From NCBI GenBank assembly GCA_016206585.1, contig JACQRE010000158.1, positions 1 through 63,693 on the forward strand: 63,693 nt of DNA, given 5' to 3'. The position numbers were made by a program, and so were the translations under genes. This document shows positions 16,384 to 25,657 of the stretch, piece by piece; the first letter of the stretch is position 1, and every line of letters begins with the position of its first letter. The notes beneath the pieces were generated by a model that was not told where the DNA came from, made no database searches, and worked only from the letters and a program-made list of their open reading frames with translations. This stretch comes from Candidatus Omnitrophota bacterium (GTDB lineage Bacteria; Omnitrophota; Gorgyraeia; Aquiviventales; Aquiviventaceae).

Positions 16384-17358
16384 ATGAAAACGGCATTACT
16401 GGAATGGCTGGCGTGTCCCGCGTGCCGGGGCACGCTGCGCCTGGCACAGCCGGTGCACCAGGGCGAGGAGATCGTCTCCGGCGCGCTGGGCTGCGAGAGC
16501 TGCTCGCGCGCCTACCCGATCGTGCGGGGGATCCCCCGCTTCGTCGCCGACGACAGCTACGCCGGCAACTTCAGCTTCGAGTGGAACCGGTTCCAGACCA
16601 CCCAGCTCGACAGCCGGCAGCAGCGCGGCGAGTCGGAGCGGCGCTTCCGGCAGAGCCTCGACATCCCGCTGGAGCAGCTGAAGGGGCAGCTCGTCCTGGA
16701 CGCCGGCTGCGGGATGGGCCGCTTCGCCGAGATCGCCCTCCATCACGGGGCCACGGTCGTGGCGATGGACCTCAGCTTCGCGGTGGACGCGGCGGCGAAG
16801 AACCTCTCGCCGCAGCCCGACGCTCACGTGGTCCAGGCGAACCTCTTCGCCCTGCCGTTCCGCCCTGAGACGTTCGACCTGATCTACAGCCTCGGCGTGC
16901 TGCACCACACGCCCAACCCCCGGAAGGCGTTCGAGGGGCTGGTGGAGCTGCTCAAGACCGGCGGGAAGATCAGCGTGACGCTCTACAGCGGCTATAACAC
17001 CGTCTACGTGCGCTCCACGAGCTTCTGGCGGTTCGCGCTGAAGCGGCTCCCCGGCCGCTGGCTCTACCGCCTGTCGCACCTCGCCATCCCGTACTACCAC
17101 CTCTGCCGGATCCCGCTGCTCGGGTTGGGGTTTCAGGCGCTGTTTCCCATCAGCATGCACCCGGATCCCGAATGGCGGGTCCTCGACACCTTCGACTGCT
17201 ACAGCCCCACGTACCAGTCCTACCACACCCACCACGAAGTGTTCCGGTGGTTCAAGGAGGCGAACTTGACCGGCGTCGAAGTGCTGGAACCAGGCATCTC
17301 GTTAATTGGTGGAAAGCGCACAGTCAGCGACAAGCGACAAGCAACAAGCAGCACTTGA
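16384..17358 (+). CDS. class I SAM methyltransferase with an N-terminal Trm112-like zinc ribbon
   Basis: LEWLACPACRG...CESCSRAYPIVRGIPRF, then VLDAGCGMGRF and LLKTGGKI. Confidence 0.85.
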   Translation: MKTALLEWLACPACRGTLRLAQPVHQGEEIVSGALGCESCSRAYPIVRGIPRFVADDSYAGNFSFEWNRFQTTQLDSRQQRGESERRFRQSLDIPLEQLKGQLVLDAGCGMGRFAEIALHHGATVVAMDLSFAVDAAAKNLSPQPDAHVVQANLFALPFRPETFDLIYSLGVLHHTPNPRKAFEGLVELLKTGGKISVTLYSGYNTVYVRSTSFWRFALKRLPGRWLYRLSHLAIPYYHLCRIPLLGLGFQALFPISMHPDPEWRVLDTFDCYSPTYQSYHTHHEVFRWFKEANLTGVEVLEPGISLIGGKRTVSDKRQATSST

Positions 17359-17400
17359 AGAATATTCTCACGTGTTGCCTGTCGCTTGTTGCCTGTTGCT
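17321..17400. repeat. GCGACAA-family hairpin, copy B3
   Basis: Left arm CAGTCAGCGACAAGCGACAAGCAACAAGCAGCAC, core TGAAGAATATTCT, right arm CGTGTTGCCTGTCGCTTGTTGCCTGTTGCT. Confidence 0.75.
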
Positions 17401-17417
17401 AAACGGGTGGTTGTTCC

Positions 17418-18575
17418 ATGCATATTGGGATTGAGGCGCACGGGTTCTGGGGCGACGTCGAGGGGCAGGGCGCCTACATCGCCAACCTGATCCGCGCCCT
17501 GGGCCGGCTGGACCGGACCAACCGCTACACGCTCCTGTTCAACTCCTTCACCCGCACGCCGGCGCGCCGCGCGGCGGTCGCGCGGCAGCTGCCGCCGAAT
17601 TTCCAGGCGGTGTTCCTGCCACTGCCCAACGTCTACCACCCCTCGGTGCTGTTCATGAAGGAGCGGGTGGTCTGGCCGGCGGTGACCCGGCGGCTCGGGA
17701 TCGACGTGTTCCACGCGACGTCGTATCGCGGCATCTTCGCGGAGGGCATGCGGACGGTGCTCAGCGTCCACGACTTCGCCTACCACCACTGCCCGGAGAC
17801 GTTTCGCCCTGAGAGCCTCGGCTATTACCGGCGGCTGCCGCAGGATGCGGCGCGGGCTGCGCTGGTGATGACCCTCTCCGACTCCAGCCGCCAGGATGCG
17901 GTGCGCGTGCTCGGGCTGCCGCCGGAGAAGGTGCGGACGGTCTACGCCGGCGTCGACCTGGACCGGTTCAACACGCGGTCCTCCCTGCCGGAGGTCGAGG
18001 CCACGCGCTCCCGCTACGGCATCCGCTCGCCGTCCATCCTGTTTCTCGGCAACCTGAACCCGAAGAAAAACGTCGGCACGCTGATCGCGGCCCTCGGCCG
18101 GCTGCGCGCGCAGGGCCAGGACCGGTATCAGCTGGTCCTGGCCGGCAAAGCCACGGCGCACCAGGACTCGATCCGCCGGGCGATTGCCGCATGGTCGCTG
18201 GGCGCTCAGGCGGTGTGCACGGGCTTCGTGCCGGACGAGGAGCTTCCGCTCCTCTACCGCGCGGTGGACCTGTTCGCGTTCCCGTCGCTGTTCGAGGGGT
18301 TCGGCCTGCCGGTGCTGGAGGCGATGGCGTGCGGCACCCCGGTGGTGGCCTCGAACGCGACGTCGATCCCCGAAGTGGCCGGCGAGGCGGCGGTCCTGGT
18401 GGATCCGCGGGATGCGGCAGCACTCGCCGCGGCGATCCGGCGCGTGTTCGAGGACGCGGCGCTGCGCGCCTCGCTCGTCGAGCAGGGGGCAGCACAGGCG
18501 CGCCGTTTTTCCTGGGAGCAGGCGGCCGCCCGCGTGCTGGACGTCTACCGCGCGGCGGGCAACGGGGCGAGATGA
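17418..18575 (+). CDS. GT4-family glycosyltransferase
   Basis: MHIGIEAHGFWGDVEG..., FPSLFEGFGLPVLEAMACGTPVVAS. Confidence 0.9.
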   Translation: MHIGIEAHGFWGDVEGQGAYIANLIRALGRLDRTNRYTLLFNSFTRTPARRAAVARQLPPNFQAVFLPLPNVYHPSVLFMKERVVWPAVTRRLGIDVFHATSYRGIFAEGMRTVLSVHDFAYHHCPETFRPESLGYYRRLPQDAARAALVMTLSDSSRQDAVRVLGLPPEKVRTVYAGVDLDRFNTRSSLPEVEATRSRYGIRSPSILFLGNLNPKKNVGTLIAALGRLRAQGQDRYQLVLAGKATAHQDSIRRAIAAWSLGAQAVCTGFVPDEELPLLYRAVDLFAFPSLFEGFGLPVLEAMACGTPVVASNATSIPEVAGEAAVLVDPRDAAALAAAIRRVFEDAALRASLVEQGAAQARRFSWEQAAARVLDVYRAAGNGAR

Positions 18576-19372
18576 ATCCAATCTCCCAGTCGGTGTCGGT
18601 GGTGATCCCGGCGTACAACGAAGCCAAGCGGATTGGGCTCACGCTCGACCGCATCGAGCGGTTCTTCTCCGGCCAGGCCAGGCCGTTTGAGGTCATCGTG
18701 GTGGATGACGGCAGCGCCGATGAGACCTCCGCCGTGGTCGAACGCTTCTGCGCCCGGCAGCCGGACCGGTTCCGGCTGCTGCGGCAGGGGCGGAATGCCG
18801 GCAAGGGGGCGTGCGTCCGGCGCGGCATGCTGGAGGCGACGGGGCAGCTGCGCCTCTTTTCGGACGCCGACCTCTCGACGCCGATCGAGGAGCTGGGCAA
18901 GCTCATGGCCGCGCTGGGCGAGGGCTGCGACATCGCCATCGGCTCCCGCGGCCTGCCGCAGTCGGAGCTCGTGCTGCGCCAGCCCAAGTACCGCGAGCTG
19001 ATGGGGCAGGGGCTGAACCGGCTGCTGCGGCTGATGCGGCTCACGCGGTTCCACGACACGCAGTGCGGCTTCAAACTGTTCTCCCGCGAGGCGGCCCAGG
19101 CGATCTTTGCGCGGCAGACGATCGACCGTTACGGGTTCGACGTGGAGATCCTCTGGCTGGCCGAGCGGATGGGGTTTCGCATCGCCGAAGTGCCGGTGCG
19201 GTGGATCCACGACGCGGACAGCCGCGTGCAGCCCGTGCAGGACGGCCTGCGGACGCTCTCCGACGTGCTGCGGCTGTCGCTGCGCCGCGATGGCGCCGTG
19301 CTGCCGCCGGCGCGCCGGGAGACGCGCTCGCCGTCGGATGCTGCCGCGCACGAGGCGCAGGTGCGGCGATGA
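18572..19372 (+). CDS. GT2 glycosyltransferase (polyprenyl-phosphate hexosyltransferase-like)
   Basis: VSVVIPAYNEAKRIG, VIVVDDGSADET, FSDADLS, DTQCGFKLF. ATGA overlap with the upstream gene. Confidence 0.88.
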   Translation: MNPISQSVSVVIPAYNEAKRIGLTLDRIERFFSGQARPFEVIVVDDGSADETSAVVERFCARQPDRFRLLRQGRNAGKGACVRRGMLEATGQLRLFSDADLSTPIEELGKLMAALGEGCDIAIGSRGLPQSELVLRQPKYRELMGQGLNRLLRLMRLTRFHDTQCGFKLFSREAAQAIFARQTIDRYGFDVEILWLAERMGFRIAEVPVRWIHDADSRVQPVQDGLRTLSDVLRLSLRRDGAVLPPARRETRSPSDAAAHEAQVRR

Positions 19373-20091
19373 ATCCGCAGGCCCAGCAGCATCTCCACGA
19401 GCACGCCCCGCACCACTGGTGGTCGCGGGGGCAGGAAGCGCTGCTGCGGCAGGTGCTGTCGCGGTGGCTCTCGCCTGGGTCGCTGATCTTGGACGCGGGC
19501 TGCGGCTCAGGCCGTATGCTGCCGATGCTGGAGGCGTTCGGCCGTCCGGTCGGCCTCGATGAGAGCCTGGACGGCCTGCGGCTGGGCGGGTACCCGCGCC
19601 TGGCGCGCGCGTCGCTCACCGCGCTGCCGTTTTCCGCCGCCGCCTTCGATGCGGTCATCTGCCTGGATGCGATCGAGCACGTGGAGCGCGACGAGGCAGC
19701 ACTCGCGGAGCTGGTCCGGGTGCTGCGTCCCGGCGGACTCCTGGCGCTGACCGTGCCGGCCTACGGCTGGCTCTTTTCGCGCCACGACGTCGCCCTGGGC
19801 CACTACCGGCGCTATTCCGGGCGCGAGCTGAGGCGCAAGCTGCTCGCCGCCGGCGTCACCGTGCGGTACCTGAGCCCGTTCAACACGCTGCTCTTTCCCA
19901 TCGCGGCCGCCGTGCGGCTGGCGGAGAAATGGCGGCCAGCACCCCCGGAGCGCCTGCACGCCGACATCGTCCGGGTGCCGCCGCGGCCGGTGAACGCGCT
20001 GCTCGAGCAGGTCTTCCGGGCGGAGCGGCTGTGGCTCGGGCGCGGCACCGCACCGTTTGGCCTGTCGCTCCTTGGGATCGCGACGAAGTGA
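19369..20091 (+). CDS. class I SAM methyltransferase
   Basis: ILDAGCGSGRM, FDAVICLDAIEHV, LRPGGLLALTVP. Confidence 0.85.
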   Translation: MNPQAQQHLHEHAPHHWWSRGQEALLRQVLSRWLSPGSLILDAGCGSGRMLPMLEAFGRPVGLDESLDGLRLGGYPRLARASLTALPFSAAAFDAVICLDAIEHVERDEAALAELVRVLRPGGLLALTVPAYGWLFSRHDVALGHYRRYSGRELRRKLLAAGVTVRYLSPFNTLLFPIAAAVRLAEKWRPAPPERLHADIVRVPPRPVNALLEQVFRAERLWLGRGTAPFGLSLLGIATK

Positions 20092-21779
20092 TGCGGATGC
20101 GCGGGGCGCTGGCCGCGATGCTCCTGGCCGCCCTGGCCCTGCGCGCGTGGGGCATCACGACGGGGCTGCCCGGGCTCTACTGGCATGACGAGACCGGGAC
20201 GCTGATGGGCTCGCTGCGCATCGGCGTGACCGGTCTGCGGGGCGCGGGATACAGCTACTTCCACGGGTCGCTCCTCTCGCTGCTGCTCTTCGCGGCGGAA
20301 GGGGCCTACTACCTCGTCGGCCGGCTGACGGGCGCGTTTGCGAGCCTGAACGATTTCCTGCTGCACGTCGCCTCGGATCCGAGCGGCTGCGTGATCCTGG
20401 TGCGCGCCGTGCTGGTGGCGGTCAGCGTCGGCGTCGTCGCGCTCACGTACGCCCTGGGCGAGCGGCTGGTGGACCAGACGACCGGGCTGATCGCCGCGCT
20501 GGGGGCCGCGGTCTCGTTCGGCTTCGTCCAGCTGGCCTTCGGGAAGGAGGATCAGCTGTACACGCTGCTGCTCCTTACGAGCGTCTGGGCGCTGCTCCGC
20601 AGCCTGGAAGCCGGGGCGAAGCCGAGCGGCCTCTTCGCCTCCGGGGCGTTGCTGGGGCTGGCGATGGGCGTGAAATACCTGGCACTCTTGGGCGGCGTCT
20701 TCATCCTCGTCGCCTGGTGGTGGCACCGCGAGCAGCTCTCCATTAGCCGGCTCCTCGTCTGGGGGGCCGGCTTCCTGGGCGGGCTGCTCGCCGGCATCCC
20801 AGCACTCCTCGTCGACCTCGCGGCGGTCTGGCGGGACGCCTCCCAGATCTATGGGGCCAACACGTCGCACGGGTTCCTGGTGATCGAGGGGCCGAACACC
20901 TCGTGGCTGTCGTACGCCGGGCCGACGGTCAGCGACAACGTGGGGATCGTCTTGGCGGTCGCCTGCGGTGCCGGGGTGCTCCGGTGCCTCCAGCGGCGCG
21001 ATGGGCGTCTGCTGAGCTGGCTGCTGGCCTATCCCATCGTCCTCACCATCGTGCTGGCCCGCGTGGTCTGGATCGGGCAGGGCAACGCGGTGCCGTATTT
21101 TCAGCTGCCGGCGATGCCGTTTCTCCTGATCCTCGCCGCCCTGGGCATCCGGGAGGCGCTGGCGAGTTCGCACCGCGCGGCGCGCGCCGCCGGGCTGGCG
21201 GTCCTGTGCGCCGGCGTGCTGGTGAACGGGCCGCCCATCATCCGGTACAAGCGGTGGCTGGCGTCCGACGACACCCGCACGCTGGCGAAGGCCTGGCTGG
21301 AGGCGCGCGTGCCCGCCGGGAGCCGGATCGCCGTGGAGGGCGGGCTCAAGGGCTACGTCTGGGCCGGGCCGCAGCTCGCCGAGGATGAGGCGACGCTGCA
21401 GCGCGAGATCGAGCGCTCCAGGCAGGAGGGGGGGACCGGCCGGTTTTGGGAAGAGCGGGCGAGAGCGCTGCACCGCGGCGCGGCACCGCGCTATACCCTG
21501 ACCAAAGTGGTGCGGGTCAGCGAGCTGACGGAGGAGCAGCTGCGCGCGCACGACTACGTGGTGCTCTCCCGGCGGCACGACGAACCGTGGGCCGGCTTGC
21601 CGTCGTTCGAGCCGGTCGAGCGGTTCGAGCCGGCCCCGCCGATCTCCTACGACTTCGCGCCCATGCTGAGCCGGACCGACTTGCTGCGCCTGCGGGTCGT
21701 GCCCTTGTGGGGGCCGGCGCGGCTGGCCAAAGGGCCGCGCATCGTCATTCTCAGGCGCGCAGCGCCGGGGGCGGGATGA
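20091..21779 (+). CDS. polytopic GT-C-type (ArnT/PMT-like) membrane glycosyltransferase
   Basis: More than 10 hydrophobic spans and an early loop YWHDETG. A soluble C-terminal domain follows. Confidence 0.6.
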   Translation: MRMRGALAAMLLAALALRAWGITTGLPGLYWHDETGTLMGSLRIGVTGLRGAGYSYFHGSLLSLLLFAAEGAYYLVGRLTGAFASLNDFLLHVASDPSGCVILVRAVLVAVSVGVVALTYALGERLVDQTTGLIAALGAAVSFGFVQLAFGKEDQLYTLLLLTSVWALLRSLEAGAKPSGLFASGALLGLAMGVKYLALLGGVFILVAWWWHREQLSISRLLVWGAGFLGGLLAGIPALLVDLAAVWRDASQIYGANTSHGFLVIEGPNTSWLSYAGPTVSDNVGIVLAVACGAGVLRCLQRRDGRLLSWLLAYPIVLTIVLARVVWIGQGNAVPYFQLPAMPFLLILAALGIREALASSHRAARAAGLAVLCAGVLVNGPPIIRYKRWLASDDTRTLAKAWLEARVPAGSRIAVEGGLKGYVWAGPQLAEDEATLQREIERSRQEGGTGRFWEERARALHRGAAPRYTLTKVVRVSELTEEQLRAHDYVVLSRRHDEPWAGLPSFEPVERFEPAPPISYDFAPMLSRTDLLRLRVVPLWGPARLAKGPRIVILRRAAPGAG

Positions 21780-22975
21780 TCACCGTCTTGCATCTCTCGC
21801 ACTGCCTCAACCGCTACGACTATATCGACGCGGTGATCCGGCACGCGGACCCCGCGCAGTTCCGCATGCTGGCCGCGACGCTGACGGATGACGGCTCGGT
21901 GCGTCCCGGGGCGGCGCCGTATCCGGTGACCGTGTTGGGCGTGCGCGCCCGGACCCAGTGGCCGGCTGCGGCGGCGGCGCTGCGGCGCCTGTGCCGGAGC
22001 GAGCGCGTGGACGTCGTCCATACGCACAATCTCGATTCGACGGCGATCGGCGCCTTCGCCGCGCTCGGCATCCGCCGGGTGCGGCTCGTCATCGGGCGGC
22101 ACTACGCGGATGCGCTCTATCAGCTGCGCCCCGCCTGGAAGTGCCGCGCCCTCCTGGCGCTGGAAGGCTGGTGCAACCGCCGCGCGGCGCGCCTCATCGC
22201 GCCCTCCTCCATGGTGCGCGCGATCCTCGTGGAGCGTCAGCGCGTGCCGGCGCGGCGTGTCGCGCAGATTCCGTACGGGTTCGACTTCGCCAAGCATCAG
22301 GCGTCCGTGGATGCGCCGGCACGGCTGCGGCGCGAGCTGGGGCTGGAGGGGGCGGCCGTGCTGGGCAGCTTCTCGCGGTTGAACGCCGATAAAGGGCACG
22401 CCGATCTGTTGCGCGCCTTCGCCCGGCTGCAGCCGGGGCGGCCCACGCTGCGCCTGCTCCTCGTCGGGGAGGGGAACGTCAGGCCGCGCCTTGAGGCGCT
22501 GGCCCGGGAGCTCGGCGTGCAGGAGCGGGTGCGGTTCGCCGGGTGGCGCGCGGATGTCATCGACCTCATGGCGATGGCGGATGTGGTCGCGCACCCCTCG
22601 CTCCACGAGGCGTTCAGCCAGGTGATGGTGGAGGCGCTGGCCATGGGCAAGCCGCTCGTGATCACCGACGTGAGCGGTGTCGCCGATGTCGTGCGGGATG
22701 GCTGGAACGGGCTCATCGTCCCGAAGGCGGATCCGGCGGCGCTGGCGGCGGCGGTCACGCGGCTGCTCGACCATCCCGAGGAGGCCGCCGCAATGGGCGC
22801 GCGCGGGCGCGCGCGGGTGCGCCGCGAGCTGGACATCCACGTCATCATCACACAGTACGAAGCGGTCTATCGGAACGTGATGGGGCAGGAACAATCACCA
22901 AACACCAAATCTCAATCACCAAATAATCACCAAGATCCAATCACCAATGACCAAACAATTGAGGTCATCGCGTAG
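21776..22975 (+). CDS. GT4-family glycosyltransferase
   Basis: VAHPSLHEAFSQVMVEALAMGKPLVITDVSG. The last ~30 aa are a translation of the left arm of repeat A3. Confidence 0.88.
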   Translation: MITVLHLSHCLNRYDYIDAVIRHADPAQFRMLAATLTDDGSVRPGAAPYPVTVLGVRARTQWPAAAAALRRLCRSERVDVVHTHNLDSTAIGAFAALGIRRVRLVIGRHYADALYQLRPAWKCRALLALEGWCNRRAARLIAPSSMVRAILVERQRVPARRVAQIPYGFDFAKHQASVDAPARLRRELGLEGAAVLGSFSRLNADKGHADLLRAFARLQPGRPTLRLLLVGEGNVRPRLEALARELGVQERVRFAGWRADVIDLMAMADVVAHPSLHEAFSQVMVEALAMGKPLVITDVSGVADVVRDGWNGLIVPKADPAALAAAVTRLLDHPEEAAAMGARGRARVRRELDIHVIITQYEAVYRNVMGQEQSPNTKSQSPNNHQDPITNDQTIEVIA

Positions 22976-23041
22976 TTGTTTGGTGATTGGTGTTTGGTTA
23001 TTGGAGCTTATTTGGTGATTGGAATTTGGTGATTGGTGATT
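22893..23041. repeat. CACCAAn-family hairpin, copy A3
   Basis: ~66-nt arms at 22893-22958 and 22976-23041, with a 17-nt loop. The stop codon of the upstream GT4 lies in the loop. Confidence 0.8.
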
Positions 23042-23063
23042 TCATGAGCAGCGAGATGTGTTG

Positions 23064-23852
23064 ATGTCCACAGCATCCTCCATGGAACGGATCAAGCGAA
23101 TCGCCAACGTGTTCAGCCGCTACTCGCATCCCTCGGATGACTTCGCGGCGATCGTGACGTACCAGGTCGCGGTGCGCAACCCCGTGCTGCGCTTCCTCCT
23201 GCGCCAGGCCCCGGTCGCCCCCCTCGTCTTCCGGCTGCCGTCGCTGCGGCGCGCCCTCTGCGCCTACAGCACGACGGAGCGCATCGTGGAGGTCCCGTTC
23301 GTGCTGCGGCATCTGACGCTTCCTAAGGGGTCCGCCATCGCGGACTTCGGCTGCACCGAGAGCCCGCTCGCCCTCCACCTGGCCAATGCCGGCTACCAGG
23401 TGACCGGCATCGACCTGCGGCCCTACCCCTTCGATCACCCCAACCTCCGCACGATCCAAGGGGATGTGCTGGGCGGCGTCCTGCCCGGCGGGGCGTTCGA
23501 CGCCGCGATCTGTCTCTCGACCATCGAGCACGTCGGGCTGGACGCGTACGGCGGCCGGCTGATGGCGGATGGCGATCTGCGCGTGATGCGGGAGCTGCGC
23601 CGCAGCCTGCGGACGGGCGGGACGCTGCTCCTCACCGTGCCGTACGGCTGCGGTCGGCTGCCCGGTTCGCGCGTCTATGACCGGGACAGGCTGAGCGCGC
23701 TGCTCGAGGGGTTTGCGGTCGACGCAGAGGAGTACTACTACAAGCAAGCGGGACGCCACTGGATCGTCTCGGACCGCGAGACGGTCGGGGCGGTGGAGTC
23801 CCGCGTCGCCACGCAGGGGGTCGCACTCATCGCCGCCCGCAAGAGGGACTGA
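23064..23852 (+). CDS. SAM methyltransferase-fold protein (DUF268-like)
   Basis: IADFGCTESPLALHLANAGYQVTGIDL, ICLSTIEHVGLD, LRTGGTLLLTVP. Confidence 0.7.
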   Translation: MSTASSMERIKRIANVFSRYSHPSDDFAAIVTYQVAVRNPVLRFLLRQAPVAPLVFRLPSLRRALCAYSTTERIVEVPFVLRHLTLPKGSAIADFGCTESPLALHLANAGYQVTGIDLRPYPFDHPNLRTIQGDVLGGVLPGGAFDAAICLSTIEHVGLDAYGGRLMADGDLRVMRELRRSLRTGGTLLLTVPYGCGRLPGSRVYDRDRLSALLEGFAVDAEEYYYKQAGRHWIVSDRETVGAVESRVATQGVALIAARKRD

Positions 23853-25657
23853 TGCGGCATACGTTATCGGTCATCATCCCGTGCTACAACGAGGCGCGGA
23901 CCATCCGCGACGTGATCCGCCGGGTCCAGGCGGTCGACCTGGGTGAGGTGGACACAGAGATCGTCGTGGTCGACGATGGCTCGCGCGACGGCACGCGGGA
24001 CATTCTGCGCCAGCTCTCGACGGTCACCGTCATCTTCCACGAGCGCAATCAGGGCAAGGGCGGGGCGATCCGCACGGGCATCGCCGCGGCCGCCGGCGAC
24101 CTGGTCATCATCCAGGATGCGGACACCGAGTACGACCCCGGCGATTTCCAGGCGCTGATCAGGCCGATCCTCGACGGCCGGACCGAGTTCGTGATGGGCT
24201 CGCGCTTCCTCCGGGAGAAGCGGCGCTACCTCTGGGGCGGCAACTCGCCCTTTTTCACCCACTACGTCGGCAACCAAGTGGTGATCTGGCTGACCAACTT
24301 CCTGTATGGGAACAGGGCGACCGACTACGAGGGGTGCTACAAGGTGCTGACGCGCCGGCTCGCGGTCGCGCTGGACGTGCGAGCCAAGGGGTTCGAGTTC
24401 GACAACGAGCTGATCTGCAAGGCGCTGCGCCTGGGCCATCCGATCGTCGAGGTGCCGATCCGCTACACGCCGCGCAGTTATCGGGACGGGAAGAAAATCA
24501 CCTGGCGGCACGGCCTGCAGATGGTGTGGACCATTCTGCTGTGGCGGGTGCGCCCCCTGCGTCTCCCGCCAGCGGCCGCCGGAGCTGGACGCGCCGCGGC
24601 GATCGTCTCCGCCGCCGTCCCGAGGGCCGGCACGCCGCTGGTCAGCATCTGCATTCCGGTGAAGAACATGGAGCGGACCATCCGGCAGACGGTGGCCTCG
24701 GCGCTGGCGCAGACGTATCCGCACCTCGAGGTGCTCGTGGTGGACAACCGCTCCACCGACCGCACGCGCGAGGAGGCCGCCGGTTTCCAGGATCCGCGGC
24801 TGCGGGTGATCCAGAACGCCGAGGACGTGGGCGTCTACGGCAACCACAACCGGTGCGTCGAGCACGCACGCGGCGAGTTCGTCAAGTTCCTCCACGGCGA
24901 CGATCTGCTGGAGCCGGCGTGCGTGGAGCGGATGTTGGAGCCCGTCCGAGCGCCCGGCGGCGAGCGGATCGGCCTCGTCGCCTGCGGCGCCATTGAGCTG
25001 GGCCCGTCTGATGCGGAGTGCCGCCGCACGGTGATTCCGCCCGGGCCGCTGCGGATCCCGGGCGGCGAGCTGTACGAGGCGGTGCCGCGGCTGGGCAATT
25101 TCATCGGCACCCCGACGATGACGCTCCTGCGCCGGCAGACGGTGCGTGACGCCGGCGGGTTCGACGCGGCGATCCGCCACTCGGCCGATTTCGACTGCTG
25201 GCTGGCCATCGCCGAGCAGGCCGACGTCGCCTTCGTGCCGCACCACCTCGTGCGGCTGCGCACCGACCCGCCGCCCGCCGATCCGCGCCGGCGCTACAAC
25301 GCGGAGCAGATCCTCCACTACATCACGGTGCTCAAGAAGCGCTACGGCCGGACGCTGGGCCGCGAGCCGCTGTGGCGCTCGCCCTTGGGGCGATGGATCT
25401 GCCGCGAGTCCGTGCTCTACACGCTGGCCTACGGCCGCGAGGCGCTGCGCGGCCACCCGGATGCGTTCCGGCGGCTGGTGTCGGAGCTTCGCCGGGACGG
25501 CCTGCTGCCCCAGCTCTCCTGGCAGCTCATGCTCCACGGACCGGGGACGGTGTTCCGGACGGTCACCCGCTCGTCGCCGGACCCGTACCAGCGGATCTCG
25601 GCCTATTTCGGGTCGCACCGGGAACGGGCGGACGCCGTCCAGAGAGCCCGCGCATGA
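23852..25657 (+). CDS. fusion of two GT2 glycosyltransferase domains
   Basis: Domain 1: SVIIPCYNEARTI, VVVDDGSRDGT, IQDADTEYDP. Domain 2: VSICIPVKNMERTI, VVDNRSTDRT, LHGDDLLEP. Confidence 0.88.
   Translation: MRHTLSVIIPCYNEARTIRDVIRRVQAVDLGEVDTEIVVVDDGSRDGTRDILRQLSTVTVIFHERNQGKGGAIRTGIAAAAGDLVIIQDADTEYDPGDFQALIRPILDGRTEFVMGSRFLREKRRYLWGGNSPFFTHYVGNQVVIWLTNFLYGNRATDYEGCYKVLTRRLAVALDVRAKGFEFDNELICKALRLGHPIVEVPIRYTPRSYRDGKKITWRHGLQMVWTILLWRVRPLRLPPAAAGAGRAAAIVSAAVPRAGTPLVSICIPVKNMERTIRQTVASALAQTYPHLEVLVVDNRSTDRTREEAAGFQDPRLRVIQNAEDVGVYGNHNRCVEHARGEFVKFLHGDDLLEPACVERMLEPVRAPGGERIGLVACGAIELGPSDAECRRTVIPPGPLRIPGGELYEAVPRLGNFIGTPTMTLLRRQTVRDAGGFDAAIRHSADFDCWLAIAEQADVAFVPHHLVRLRTDPPPADPRRRYNAEQILHYITVLKKRYGRTLGREPLWRSPLGRWICRESVLYTLAYGREALRGHPDAFRRLVSELRRDGLLPQLSWQLMLHGPGTVFRTVTRSSPDPYQRISAYFGSHRERADAVQRARA

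Noticed and set aside
7621-17400. Co-directional genes separated by imperfect palindromes, read as an integron cassette array with attC sites.
   Set aside because: The element ends do not fit the RYYYAAC / GTTRRRY core sites. No intI or attI is present. The genes are pathway enzymes, often coupled by ATGA overlaps, rather than independent cassettes.
7621-23041. The repeated hairpins as a CRISPR array.
   Set aside because: They are inverted, not direct, repeats. They are separated by kilobases of coding sequence. There is no regular repeat-spacer periodicity and there are no cas genes.
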